From an uncultured Poribacteria bacterium (GTDB lineage: Bacteria > Poribacteria > WGA-4E > WGA-3G), in assembly GCA_958296135.2 (NCBI GenBank), contig CATQHZ020000001.1:2176001-2240000 (forward strand): a stretch of 64,000 nucleotides of DNA. The letters are read 5' to 3'. Below the pieces are notes generated by a model. The model ran no database searches. It saw only the letters and a program-made list of their open reading frames with translations, and was not told where the DNA came from. Position 1 is the first letter of the stretch. Every line of letters begins with the position of its first letter. A program made the position numbers and the translations under genes. This document shows positions 44,413-53,410 of the stretch, piece by piece.

Positions 44413-47299
44413 GAATCTCGGCCCGTTTTACGTCACACCGGTCGAACTTGATTTTGAAAACGGACCGTTGGCTGATGCTTCGCTCGTGGCGATCACAGGG
44501 CGGACGGGTGCGGGGAAGACGATGCTGTTCGATGCGATCTGCGTCGCGCTTTACGGCAAAACGCCGCGCTTGGATGGTATTGAAGACAAACACCCGAGGC
44601 ACCTTCTCAGCCACGACAGGACCGAAGGTCATGCCGAGGTGATTTTTGAGGCGAACAGAACACGTTACCTCGCTAAGTGGTCCATAGAACGTGGCGATTC
44701 ACCAAGCGGAAAGCTAAAGGTTGTTACTACCGACGAGTTAATCACCGACAGGTTACACCCGCTTGGCAAATCTACTGGCAGTAGCGAGAGGATGATTAGC
44801 GAAGAAATTGAGTCTATCTTGGGACTTGATTTTGATGCATTCAAGCGGTCTGTCATGTTAGCGCAGGGCGAATTCGCGGCGTTCCTGAAAGCAGCCCCCG
44901 CAGACAAACTGAAAATTTTGACGGCCGCCGCAGACCTTGGCATTTACGATGACCTAAGAGGCGCGTTAAAAGAAAAAATGAACGCGGTTAGGGCTGACCT
45001 GAGAACGGCTTTAACGGAACCAACCACTATCCTAGGATTTGTCGACCTGACAGAGTTGGCTCCCGCAAAAAGCGTTTTAAGAGAACTAGACAATATTCTA
45101 TTACGGAACGGTGACCCCGGCAAAACCGGCAAAGGATTTGTTTCCAAGGACCTAGACGCTATTCTAGGAGTCCTGCGCAAACAGGTTTCCGATGCAAAAG
45201 AGACGCTATGCCGTTTGAAGAAGGACGCGAGCGCACTTGCCGATCTGGCAGAGGAACACGAATGCAAAAAGCGGCGAGAAGAAGAGCGGACCGAGGCGTT
45301 TAAAAAATTGGAATGTTCCAAAAAATGCCTATGCGAACTCCTCGCTCGGGCACCGGAAATTGCGGCACTTGAGAAAGAACTTGAACGCGCCATTCTCGCC
45401 AACCAACTCCATCACGAAAAATCGGCTTACGATAACGCCAAATCCGAACAGGACGAGGCTGAGTCGGAACTTCGCGATGGAAAAAAGAAGCGCGACGAGG
45501 CACAAAAGGATAGTGACTTGCGGCGCGCCATTTTTGACGAAATTGACGATGCCTACCAAACTGCCTTGTCAGAAGCCCAGACGAAAAAGGCTGCCTACAA
45601 TGCAGCGATACCTGATCTGAGGTCAGCGCATAACCTGTTTGCACGCGCGGATGCCCTGATTCCCGAAGAGAAAAAACTGGAGGAAAAGATTGCCAGTTTG
45701 TCCTCCCAGTTAACTGACGGTAGAAAGCGTCGAACGAAATTGGTAGGACAGATCCGAAAGGCGGAGACGTTCATTGATGAAAATCCGCTCCCGGCAGATC
45801 GACAAGAACGGCTTAAGCTGCGGGACTTGGCGGTTCTGGCAAATCCTATCAAAGCACTGCGCCAGAAACTTAATAGCGGTGAACCTTGTCTCGTCTGTGG
45901 TGCAACGGAACATCCGCATGCCCATGAGATCGCAAGCGAGATAGGATCCGCCACTGAACCCCTTCTCTGGAACGCGATACCTGATTACCTCCACGGGCTC
46001 GGACCCACACTTGAGGAAGCCTTATCTCGAGTAGTCAAACGGATAGACGCTGTTGAAGCGCGCGAAGAAGAGTGCAGACAGAAACAGAGTCAGTTGCGAG
46101 AACTTGACTTGACTATCCAGGCAACCCAGCGTGAACTTGAAAACGCTGAGGACACTAGAAAATCGGTTCTCGCCGACATTGAAGGCTACCAGCGCGATGG
46201 CAATGAACTTTTGGCTGCCGCCAGTGAGAAAACTGGCGGGTTGACAACCGAAGCGGAGATTGATGCCGCTCTCAAAAATCTCGAAGACGCGGTTCGGGAG
46301 AAGGCAACTCAGCGCGACGAAGCCAAGAAGGCACTTACGGACAGCGAGACATTGCTAACTCAGGCACAAACCGACTATAACCTTCGCGTATCCCTCCGTG
46401 ACAAATGGGCGGCAAAACTCGAAACGGCACGCAAGACTTACCTAGATAAGTTAAGCGGTACCGGGTTTGACTCCCCGGAGGCACACGATAACGCGTTTCG
46501 GGAAGAAGAGTGGATAGAGGCGGCAAAGCTCAAGATCGCAAACTATCGGCAAGAAATGCACCAACTTGAGGTAGCCATTGCCGAACTGAGCGCGCGATTT
46601 GAGGAAACGCCGTTCGATCCAAAGAAATTGGGACAGATTATCGCGAAATTGGCAAAGATTGAGGAAGATATTCGGAAGGTGGACCAAAGGATTGGCGCGC
46701 AACGGCAGATCGTCACTAACTTGAAGGATGCCCTTTCCAAGTTTAATGACTCGGCGGAGAAAGTCCGGGAGGCCTACGAGGAATTCTCGCGATGGAACAA
46801 TTTGCGGATGACAATCGCACACCCCAACCCCGGTGCCCTGAGCAATTTCGCGTTGCAGGTTGTGCTTGAGCAAGTCAGTCAGTTTGCCAATACGCAACTA
46901 GAATACCTGACATCCGGCCGGTATCAACTCAAGGTTGAAGTTATCCGCAAGCTTAGCGGCCTCAAACTCACCGTCGTTGACAAGTGGAACGCAAACAAGG
47001 AACGTCCCGTCGAAACGCTCTCCGGCGGTGAATCATTCCTCACAAGCTTCGCGTTGGCTCTTGGATTATCGGAGGTTAGTCGCGGTCGCGCCCAAATCGA
47101 TTCGCTTTTCCTTGACGAAGGCTTCGGCACACTCGATGCCGAGACGCTTGACATCATCATCGACTCGCTGGATAGACTCCGCAAGCAGGGACGCAGCATC
47201 TTCCTCATCAGCCACGTTGAGAAACTCACGAGACGTTTGCCTGTCGAAATCCGCGTACGAAAAGGGAGAAACGGGAATTCAACGGTTGACGTTGGTTGA
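44387..47299 (+). CDS. sbcC: SbcC (Rad50-like) SMC ATPase
   Basis: GRTGAGKT, LAQGEF, CLVCG zinc hook, LSGGE and LFLDEGFG motifs. Confidence 0.92.
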   Translation: MKVIQLRLKNLGPFYVTPVELDFENGPLADASLVAITGRTGAGKTMLFDAICVALYGKTPRLDGIEDKHPRHLLSHDRTEGHAEVIFEANRTRYLAKWSIERGDSPSGKLKVVTTDELITDRLHPLGKSTGSSERMISEEIESILGLDFDAFKRSVMLAQGEFAAFLKAAPADKLKILTAAADLGIYDDLRGALKEKMNAVRADLRTALTEPTTILGFVDLTELAPAKSVLRELDNILLRNGDPGKTGKGFVSKDLDAILGVLRKQVSDAKETLCRLKKDASALADLAEEHECKKRREEERTEAFKKLECSKKCLCELLARAPEIAALEKELERAILANQLHHEKSAYDNAKSEQDEAESELRDGKKKRDEAQKDSDLRRAIFDEIDDAYQTALSEAQTKKAAYNAAIPDLRSAHNLFARADALIPEEKKLEEKIASLSSQLTDGRKRRTKLVGQIRKAETFIDENPLPADRQERLKLRDLAVLANPIKALRQKLNSGEPCLVCGATEHPHAHEIASEIGSATEPLLWNAIPDYLHGLGPTLEEALSRVVKRIDAVEAREEECRQKQSQLRELDLTIQATQRELENAEDTRKSVLADIEGYQRDGNELLAAASEKTGGLTTEAEIDAALKNLEDAVREKATQRDEAKKALTDSETLLTQAQTDYNLRVSLRDKWAAKLETARKTYLDKLSGTGFDSPEAHDNAFREEEWIEAAKLKIANYRQEMHQLEVAIAELSARFEETPFDPKKLGQIIAKLAKIEEDIRKVDQRIGAQRQIVTNLKDALSKFNDSAEKVREAYEEFSRWNNLRMTIAHPNPGALSNFALQVVLEQVSQFANTQLEYLTSGRYQLKVEVIRKLSGLKLTVVDKWNANKERPVETLSGGESFLTSFALALGLSEVSRGRAQIDSLFLDEGFGTLDAETLDIIIDSLDRLRKQGRSIFLISHVEKLTRRLPVEIRVRKGRNGNSTVDVG

Positions 47300-47399
47300 T
47301 TTCGGAAACGGAGCGGATTTTGAACGACATCCGCCCCGACGACTAAAGGGCGCGCTTGCAAAGCGCGCCTACTGGTATAGAGTGAAATGGAGGATTTCT

Positions 47400-48158
47400 A
47401 TGCAATTTGGCTTCATGTCATCCGTCTGTCCGCCGCTAACGCTGGCAGAACTCATTGACAAAGCGAAACACTATAACTATCAACACCTAGAATTCCGCGT
47501 GGAATGGAAACACGGACACGGTGTTGAATTGGACGCAACCCCGGAACAACTGCGCGAGGCAAAAGCGCGCCTCGCCGACAGCGGCATCGCACTCTCCTGC
47601 ATTGCAACCGGTTGCAGATTCGTCAGTGCGGACGCACAAGAACGCGCCGCGCAGGTGGAATTGCTTAAGCGATATATCGGGCTCGCCGAAACGATGGGCG
47701 CGCAGAATATTCGGATCTTCGGAGATCCGGTGCCGAAAACACCGGTTGAGGTAGCAGAAACGCTCGATTGGGAGGCAGATGGCATCCGCGCCTGCGACGA
47801 ACTCGCCGGTGAAGCGGGAGTCGCGCTCTGTCTGGAGACGCACGGCAATCTCATCGCCAGTTACGTATCTGAAGTGCTGCACCGAGCGGAGGCGCAGCAT
47901 ACCTTCGTGAATTGGCACGCGGCGCATCATGTCCGGCATGGCCAACCCGTTGACGTAGCGTATGCGCATCTGCGTGGGAAGATTCGGCACGCGCACGTCA
48001 ACTTCGGCAGTGAAGGCCCGATGCCTGACACGGAGAAGGACTCCCTCACGCTCCTCGCGCGAGATGGATATACGGGGTTCGTGTCAATAGAGGTGATTAA
48101 CCCACCGGATTCGGATGCGGTGCTGCAACGGCATGCGGAACTCTATAACGCGCTCTAA
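47400..48158 (+). CDS. Sugar phosphate isomerase/epimerase
   Basis: HGHGVE, IRIFG, LETHG and SIEVI motifs; RBS GGAGG before ATG 47400. Confidence 0.85.
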   Translation: MQFGFMSSVCPPLTLAELIDKAKHYNYQHLEFRVEWKHGHGVELDATPEQLREAKARLADSGIALSCIATGCRFVSADAQERAAQVELLKRYIGLAETMGAQNIRIFGDPVPKTPVEVAETLDWEADGIRACDELAGEAGVALCLETHGNLIASYVSEVLHRAEAQHTFVNWHAAHHVRHGQPVDVAYAHLRGKIRHAHVNFGSEGPMPDTEKDSLTLLARDGYTGFVSIEVINPPDSDAVLQRHAELYNAL

Positions 48159-48229
48159 TATTCATTCTTGGAAACGTACGTACGGAAAGAGGAGAAGGCG
48201 CGGTTGAAAACCGCGCCTACCAATTCCAT

Positions 48230-48559
48230 TCAAACGCTGAACGACTCGCCGCAGCCGCAGGTGTTTCTGGCGTTCGGATTGGTAATCTTGAACCCGGAAT
48301 CCATCAGCCCATCGTTATAGTCCAGCACCGAACCGGCGAGGTAGAGAGTGCTGCGCGGGTCGATGAACACTTTCAGTCCGTGGAATTCAAACACCTTGTC
48401 GGTGCCTTTCGGCGCACCGAATTCAAGGTTGTATTGGAAGCCGGAGCATCCACCGCCGACAACTTGCATCCGCAAGCCGTGTGCGTCGGTGGCTGATTCG
48501 CTACTTCGATTGATGAGCGCGACAGCTTTTTGTGCCGCGGATTCTGTTACAGTAATCAT
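48230..48559 (-). CDS. iscA: Fe-S cluster A-type carrier (IscA/ErpA/HesB)
   Basis: GGGCSGFQY, NPNA and CGCGESF motifs. Confidence 0.92.
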   Translation of the reverse strand: MITVTESAAQKAVALINRSSESATDAHGLRMQVVGGGCSGFQYNLEFGAPKGTDKVFEFHGLKVFIDPRSTLYLAGSVLDYNDGLMDSGFKITNPNARNTCGCGESFSV

Positions 48560-48573
48560 TGTTATTGCATCTC

Positions 48574-48963
48574 CTATTTTGTAGGAAGGACCTCTAGTCC
48601 CGATTTAGACAGCGCATCGGCAATTGCCATTTTGAGGACTTCTTCCGCATAGACAGCATAGCGGTGCTTGTCCGAGGGTAACCCGCCTAACGCCTCGGAG
48701 AGCACCGTCGCCGTGATTTTATGGGCACCCAACATCGGGAGCCCGGTAATCAATTCGGTTAAGATCGAGCCACTCGCAATCGCGGTTGGGCATCCGAATG
48801 CCCGAAATTTTGCCGCAACAATAGACCCGTTTGCGACGTTGAGCGTCAGTTTAAGCATCTCCCCGCTAGCAGCAGACCCGACGGTGGCAGAGCCATCCGC
48901 ATCGGCGATAGTCCCGATGTTGCGCGGGTTTTCATAATGGTCTGTCACTTGTTGCGTCAACAT
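48574..48963 (-). CDS. IscU/NifU-N-like protein with a degenerate ligand set
   Basis: DHYENPRNIG and FGCPTAIAS motifs; only one Cys. Confidence 0.85.
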   Translation of the reverse strand: MLTQQVTDHYENPRNIGTIADADGSATVGSAASGEMLKLTLNVANGSIVAAKFRAFGCPTAIASGSILTELITGLPMLGAHKITATVLSEALGGLPSDKHRYAVYAEEVLKMAIADALSKSGLEVLPTK

Positions 48964-49001
48964 AGCGTTCCCTGTCCGTGCATCCCATCCATCATATTTT
49001 A

Positions 49002-49030
49002 ATTATACCCTATTCTGTAAGGAATGTCAA
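49002..49030 (-). promoter_or_regulatory. Consensus sigma70 promoter of the iscU-like/iscA pair
   Basis: TTGACA-17 bp-TATAAT; divergent TTGACA-17-TATCTT at 49056-49084. Confidence 0.75.
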
Positions 49031-49130
49031 ATTTTAACCTCACGGAATAAAAACCTTGACACATATCAGCATCTATTGTATCTTAAAACATTATGACACT
49101 GCTTTGCAACGCTTTATGGAGGAACAGCCC

Positions 49131-49832
49131 ATGATTCAGAAAAGTCAATTCACATTCGTTGTAGCATGCACGCTGGTGCTGCTCAGCGCGCTCCCAACTT
49201 TCGCCGTAGAACAGTTTAAAGTGTCCAAATACGGCAAAGGGGTGCAGATCTGGTTTGAAGCGGAGGCCTTTGACGAAAGGGACTCCGAAGATGTCTACCA
49301 ACTCGGAAAAGCCGAAAAAGCGGTAGACCCGGCCGATGATGCCTACGGTGATATTGTTACCAACGCGGGTGCCGGCAAGAAAGGCTGGATACTCTACCGG
49401 TTCGACATCAGTCGCGCGGGCGGAAAAGCCGGCGACTGGCGGTTCATCGGAAGAGTTATTAATCCAAGCAACCACTCAGACTGGCTCTGGGTGCTCGGCG
49501 ACGATGGCGACAAAATCCCCGAGAATGAGCCCGTTTTTGTCCGGCCAGATCATATCATCTTTGAAGAAAACGTACCCGCATGGACTTGGAAGCGAACAGG
49601 TGATTTCGGACAAGATGGCGGCACCGTCAATGAATTGCAAGACGGTGAGAACGTCATGATGATCTGGACGCGGCAGAGCTCGCTTCAGGTGCAATATGAC
49701 GTTTTCCTCTGGTCCAGCGATCTGGAGTATCAACCGACAGACGAGGACTACGAGAAAGCGGAAGACAAAACGTTGCCGGTTCAACCGGATGGGTTGCTGA
49801 CGACAACGTGGAGCCGCCTCAAGCGTCAGTAG
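49131..49832 (+). CDS. Secreted hypothetical protein with C-terminal PVQPDGLLTTTWSRLK motif
   Basis: Signal peptide; IWFEAE; GGAGG RBS. Confidence 0.75.
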   Translation: MIQKSQFTFVVACTLVLLSALPTFAVEQFKVSKYGKGVQIWFEAEAFDERDSEDVYQLGKAEKAVDPADDAYGDIVTNAGAGKKGWILYRFDISRAGGKAGDWRFIGRVINPSNHSDWLWVLGDDGDKIPENEPVFVRPDHIIFEENVPAWTWKRTGDFGQDGGTVNELQDGENVMMIWTRQSSLQVQYDVFLWSSDLEYQPTDEDYEKAEDKTLPVQPDGLLTTTWSRLKRQ

Positions 49833-50307
49833 TGGAAGAGGTTGGCTCCAACTCCGCTTGGCATTCGGCACAGTAGCCGATAATCTCGTTGCGGAAGCGC
49901 ACCGGTTTAAACGCGTGCTCCTCGCACACCGCTTTCTGGAGAGCGTCAATCTTCGGCTCTTTGAACTCCACGATCTGGCTGCACCGCAGGCAGATGAGAT
50001 GCGCGTGCTCGCGAAGCGAATGGATGCTCTCATAACGGGTGTTCTTTTGCGCGTCGATGAATTCTGTCAACAACCCGCTTTTGACGAGGAGCGGCAGCGT
50101 CCGGTAGATAGTCGGCCGCGAGGCACGGTAGCCGTTCCGCCGCATCTGAACAAGCAAGTCTTCGGCTTGGAAATGCCCGTTATAGGCATAGACCTGCTCC
50201 AAAATGTCCTGCCGTTTCGTTGTAAGACGGAGGCCGCAGCTTTCGAGATAGTCTTTAAACTGTTTGACAGAATCGGGTGGGGCTTTGGGTTTTTCGACGG
50301 TTTCCAT
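49819..50307 (-). CDS. Fur-family transcriptional regulator
   Basis: GLRLTTKR, TIYRTL, HAHLICLRC and YCAEC motifs. Confidence 0.92.
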   Translation of the reverse strand: METVEKPKAPPDSVKQFKDYLESCGLRLTTKRQDILEQVYAYNGHFQAEDLLVQMRRNGYRASRPTIYRTLPLLVKSGLLTEFIDAQKNTRYESIHSLREHAHLICLRCSQIVEFKEPKIDALQKAVCEEHAFKPVRFRNEIIGYCAECQAELEPTSSTTDA

Positions 50308-50326
50308 TGTGTATTCCTTATTCCCC

Positions 50327-50353
50327 GTAGGCGCGCTTTGGCAGCGCGCCTAC
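50327..50353. repeat. GTAG REP-like family A, full palindrome
   Basis: gtaggcgcgctttggcagcgcgcctac; family also at about 2438, 3674, 6133, 8118, 16010, 31739, 33400, 38570, 47350, 48197, 51114, 56447, 58105 and 59131. Confidence 0.9.
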
Positions 50354-50362
50354 GGGGTTGTT

Positions 50363-51295
50363 CTATGCAAAAACTACCTTGCGGCCCGGCGCGGCGAGCT
50401 GATGCTTCACGGCGAGCGCATAAAACCGCCGAAGCCCCGCAATCTCAGGATGCCCTAAATCGTAATGGATATGCTTTTGTAGGTAATCGCGGCAGAGGGG
50501 TTCGGGCAATCCAAGCTTTTGGGATTCAATGCGCGCGATTTCTGGGATTTGCGTTATCCCGCGCGTCTTTGCCTCACGTAGCACATCGGGTGCATCGCCG
50601 AGTTGCACACCTGTGCGCGCTACCCAGCACGCATAGACGAACGGCAGACCGGTGAGTTCATGCCACGCCGTACCTAGGTCTAGGCTATATTTCGTGGCGT
50701 TCAGTCGCCGAAGGGCGGCATCGCCGATGAGGAGCACCGCTTCGGATGCTGACGCGCCCGGGTCGGTGGATGGCGCGCACGGCGTGAATGTCGGATGAAT
50801 GCCGTATTTTTCTGCCAGCAAAATTTTCAGGAGCGCGATGGACGAACGCGAACTGGTATCCAACGCGACCTGCCGAATTTCGGGAATCGGCACGCGGCTG
50901 AACAGTTGGATACTCAGGACACTCCCTCGCGAAGCGATTGAAATATCGGGCAAGATGCGGTAGCCAGCATCCGGGGCGCGGAAATATTCAATAATCGGGA
51001 TTAAGCCGACATCCAGTTCGTTAGCCTTTAAAAGCACGGCGAGGCGGCTCGGCACCTCCACGCTGAGTCCGATCTTTGTCTCTTGTTTCTTGGCGCAACT
51101 CCCCTCACTCCCGGTAGGCGCGCGTTGTAAGCGCGCAACCTCAACACCCGGCAGCTCTCCATTCAAGAGAGGATAGATAAGCGGTTTCGTGTTCAGAAAT
51201 GAAACCGCCCCGACTCTTAAACACGCGCTACCGTAGACGGGATGACAAACCCTGCCCACGGCCTGATTTTCGGCTACGCCGCTTTTCTGTGCCAC
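50363..51295 (-). CDS. mqnA: Chorismate dehydratase (futalosine pathway)
   Basis: VSFLNTKPL, SVLSI, SSRSS, LLIGDAAL and DLGTAWHELTGLPFVYA motifs; start uncertain. Confidence 0.88.
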   Translation of the reverse strand: MAQKSGVAENQAVGRVCHPVYGSACLRVGAVSFLNTKPLIYPLLNGELPGVEVARLQRAPTGSEGSCAKKQETKIGLSVEVPSRLAVLLKANELDVGLIPIIEYFRAPDAGYRILPDISIASRGSVLSIQLFSRVPIPEIRQVALDTSSRSSIALLKILLAEKYGIHPTFTPCAPSTDPGASASEAVLLIGDAALRRLNATKYSLDLGTAWHELTGLPFVYACWVARTGVQLGDAPDVLREAKTRGITQIPEIARIESQKLGLPEPLCRDYLQKHIHYDLGHPEIAGLRRFYALAVKHQLAAPGRKVVFA

Positions 51296-52410
51296 CGTTC
51301 TCCCTCTCGGATAATCTCGTTGTAAAGCGTGTCGCGTTCGACTGGCACAAAGCCTGCTTCTTCGATAAGGCGCGTGAGTGCGTCAACGGAGACAGATTCC
51401 GGTGTATCCGCGCCTGCCATGTGCGTAATCTTCTCCTCGGTTACCGTGCCATCAATATCGTCCGCGCCGAAGCGAAGGGCGACTTGGGCGGTTTTCAACC
51501 CGGTCATAATCCAATATACCTTGATATGCGGCAGGTTATCTAGCATCAGACGCGCCACGGCGATGTTCCGCAAATCTGTCAGCCCGGAGGTTGAAGGCAG
51601 GTATGCCATCCGCGTGTTGGCAGGGTGAAACGCCAGCGGGATGAACGTTACGAAACCGCCCGATTTATCCTGCTGTTCTCGCAGCCGAATGAGATGATCT
51701 ACGCGGTCTTCGTTGCTTTCAAGGTGTCCGTAGAGCATCGTCGCGTTGGTGGGGATGCCGAGGTGATGCGCAATGTCATGCACTTCAAGCCATCCATCCG
51801 CGCTGAGTTTGCCGGGGCAGATTTTCTCGCGCGTCTCTTCGGCGAAGATTTCGGCTCCGCCGCCGGGTAACGAATCTAACCCTGCCTCCTTCAGCTCCGT
51901 CAATACCTCTTCCATCGACATCTTAAAGATACGCGAGAAGTGGTGGATTTCAACGGCGGTGAAGAATTTGATGTGGACTTGCGGCATCCGTTCCTTGAGC
52001 CCGCGGATGATGTCGAGGTAGTAGTCAAACGGCAGTTTGGGGTGCAGGCCGCCGACGCTATGAATCTCGGTGCATCCATGTTTTATGGAATACATCGCCT
52101 TGTCCAAAAATTCGTCAACGCTCATCTCCCACGCGCCCTCGGTTTGCATATTTTTTCGGGCGAACGCGCAGAAGTGGCACCGAGCGTGCAGAATGCACAC
52201 ATTTGAGTAGTCAATGTGTTGGTTGATGTTATAGTAAGCGATATTGCCGTTGAGCCGTTCGCGGGTGTGATTGGCGATAAAACCGACACCCGTAATATCG
52301 GGGCTTTCGTAAAGCGCGACACCCTCGTCAAAGGTGAGTCGTTCCTCCGCCTTAACTTTATCGTAGATGGTAGGCAATCTCGGGTCTGTAAAGCGACTGT
52401 AATTCTCCAT
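51274..52410 (-). CDS. mqnE: Aminofutalosine synthase (radical SAM)
   Basis: NVCILHARCHFCAF, SLPGGGAEIF, NATMLYGH, FIPLAFHP and HIKVYW motifs; adjacent to mqnA. Confidence 0.88.
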   Translation of the reverse strand: MENYSRFTDPRLPTIYDKVKAEERLTFDEGVALYESPDITGVGFIANHTRERLNGNIAYYNINQHIDYSNVCILHARCHFCAFARKNMQTEGAWEMSVDEFLDKAMYSIKHGCTEIHSVGGLHPKLPFDYYLDIIRGLKERMPQVHIKFFTAVEIHHFSRIFKMSMEEVLTELKEAGLDSLPGGGAEIFAEETREKICPGKLSADGWLEVHDIAHHLGIPTNATMLYGHLESNEDRVDHLIRLREQQDKSGGFVTFIPLAFHPANTRMAYLPSTSGLTDLRNIAVARLMLDNLPHIKVYWIMTGLKTAQVALRFGADDIDGTVTEEKITHMAGADTPESVSVDALTRLIEEAGFVPVERDTLYNEIIREGERWHRKAA

Positions 52411-52445
52411 TAATTTTTCCTATTGAGAGTTCACAAAAAAATTGC

Positions 52446-52499
52446 TTGACATATATCTCACAATAAAGGTATTATAGCATAGTAACTTTAAAATTGCAA
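52446..52499. promoter_or_regulatory. Overlapping divergent sigma70 promoters
   Basis: Plus strand TTGACA-18-TATTAT (52446-52475); minus strand TTGCAA-17-TATAAT (52471-52499). Confidence 0.55.
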
Positions 52500-52524
52500 G
52501 AAGTTTTGAGGGCGAAATAGAATT

Positions 52525-53325
52525 ATGTCAAAATTCGGATTGATTCATTACAACTACGCCAGCCAGTCGCTTGACGATTTTCTGAAATTTACGAGTGAAA
52601 CAGGATTCGGCTACGTTGAACTGCAGATAAGTGATGTCTGGCACGCGGAAACGGCAGAACCGGAAAAGCACGCGGAACTCGTCCGACAACAGGTGGCATC
52701 TTACGGCTTGCAGGTATCGGCACTCGCGGCGGGCAACGATTTCGTCGTGCTAGAAGAGGAAACCATCCGCGCGCAGGTGGAACGAATGGAACGTATCGCT
52801 GGCCTCGCGAAACGCCTGGGCACCTCGGTACTCCGCACTGAGGGAGGCTCGCCGAAGGAGGCTGTCCCGGAAAGCCGCTGGGTTGAGGCAATGGCGGGAT
52901 GTCTCACGCGGTGCCTTGAATTCGCAGAACAGCACGATGTCTACCTCGCCGTTGACAACCACGGCATAGTCACGAACGACGGTGCACTGCAGGTAGAACT
53001 CTTTGAGCGCGTCGCATCCAAGCATGTCGGCGCGAACATGGACACGATGAATTATCGGTGGGCCGGGCACGACTTAGAAACGGTGGGTAGGTATTATGAA
53101 ATCGTCGCGCCGTGGACACTGCATACGCACCTGAAGGACGGGACCGGTTCGCGCAGCAATTATCGCGGCGAGGCTCTCGGCGAAGGGGAGATCGACCTCG
53201 GGAAGGCAATCCGTTGCTTAAAAGAGGCAGGTTATGACGGTGTCTGGTGCTGCGAATACGAGGGGCGCGAAAACGATGGCACAGGCCAGCGGAAAAGTTT
53301 CGCGTGGATGCAGGCGAATTTGTAA
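52525..53325 (+). CDS. Sugar phosphate isomerase/epimerase
   Basis: VDNHG, DTMNY, HTHLKD and CEYEG motifs. Confidence 0.88.
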   Translation: MSKFGLIHYNYASQSLDDFLKFTSETGFGYVELQISDVWHAETAEPEKHAELVRQQVASYGLQVSALAAGNDFVVLEEETIRAQVERMERIAGLAKRLGTSVLRTEGGSPKEAVPESRWVEAMAGCLTRCLEFAEQHDVYLAVDNHGIVTNDGALQVELFERVASKHVGANMDTMNYRWAGHDLETVGRYYEIVAPWTLHTHLKDGTGSRSNYRGEALGEGEIDLGKAIRCLKEAGYDGVWCCEYEGRENDGTGQRKSFAWMQANL

Positions 53326-53410
53326 GGACAGATTTCTAGGTTTCCGCCCATGGGGACAGTAGCAAGGGACAAGGGACAGGCCCGCGCCCTACGGGGATAG
53401 GAACAGGGAT

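Noticed and set aside
46935-47399. Long N-terminal extension of the 407-aa ORF overlapping sbcC
   Set aside because: It is a shadow frame; the isomerase homology and RBS begin at ATG 47400.
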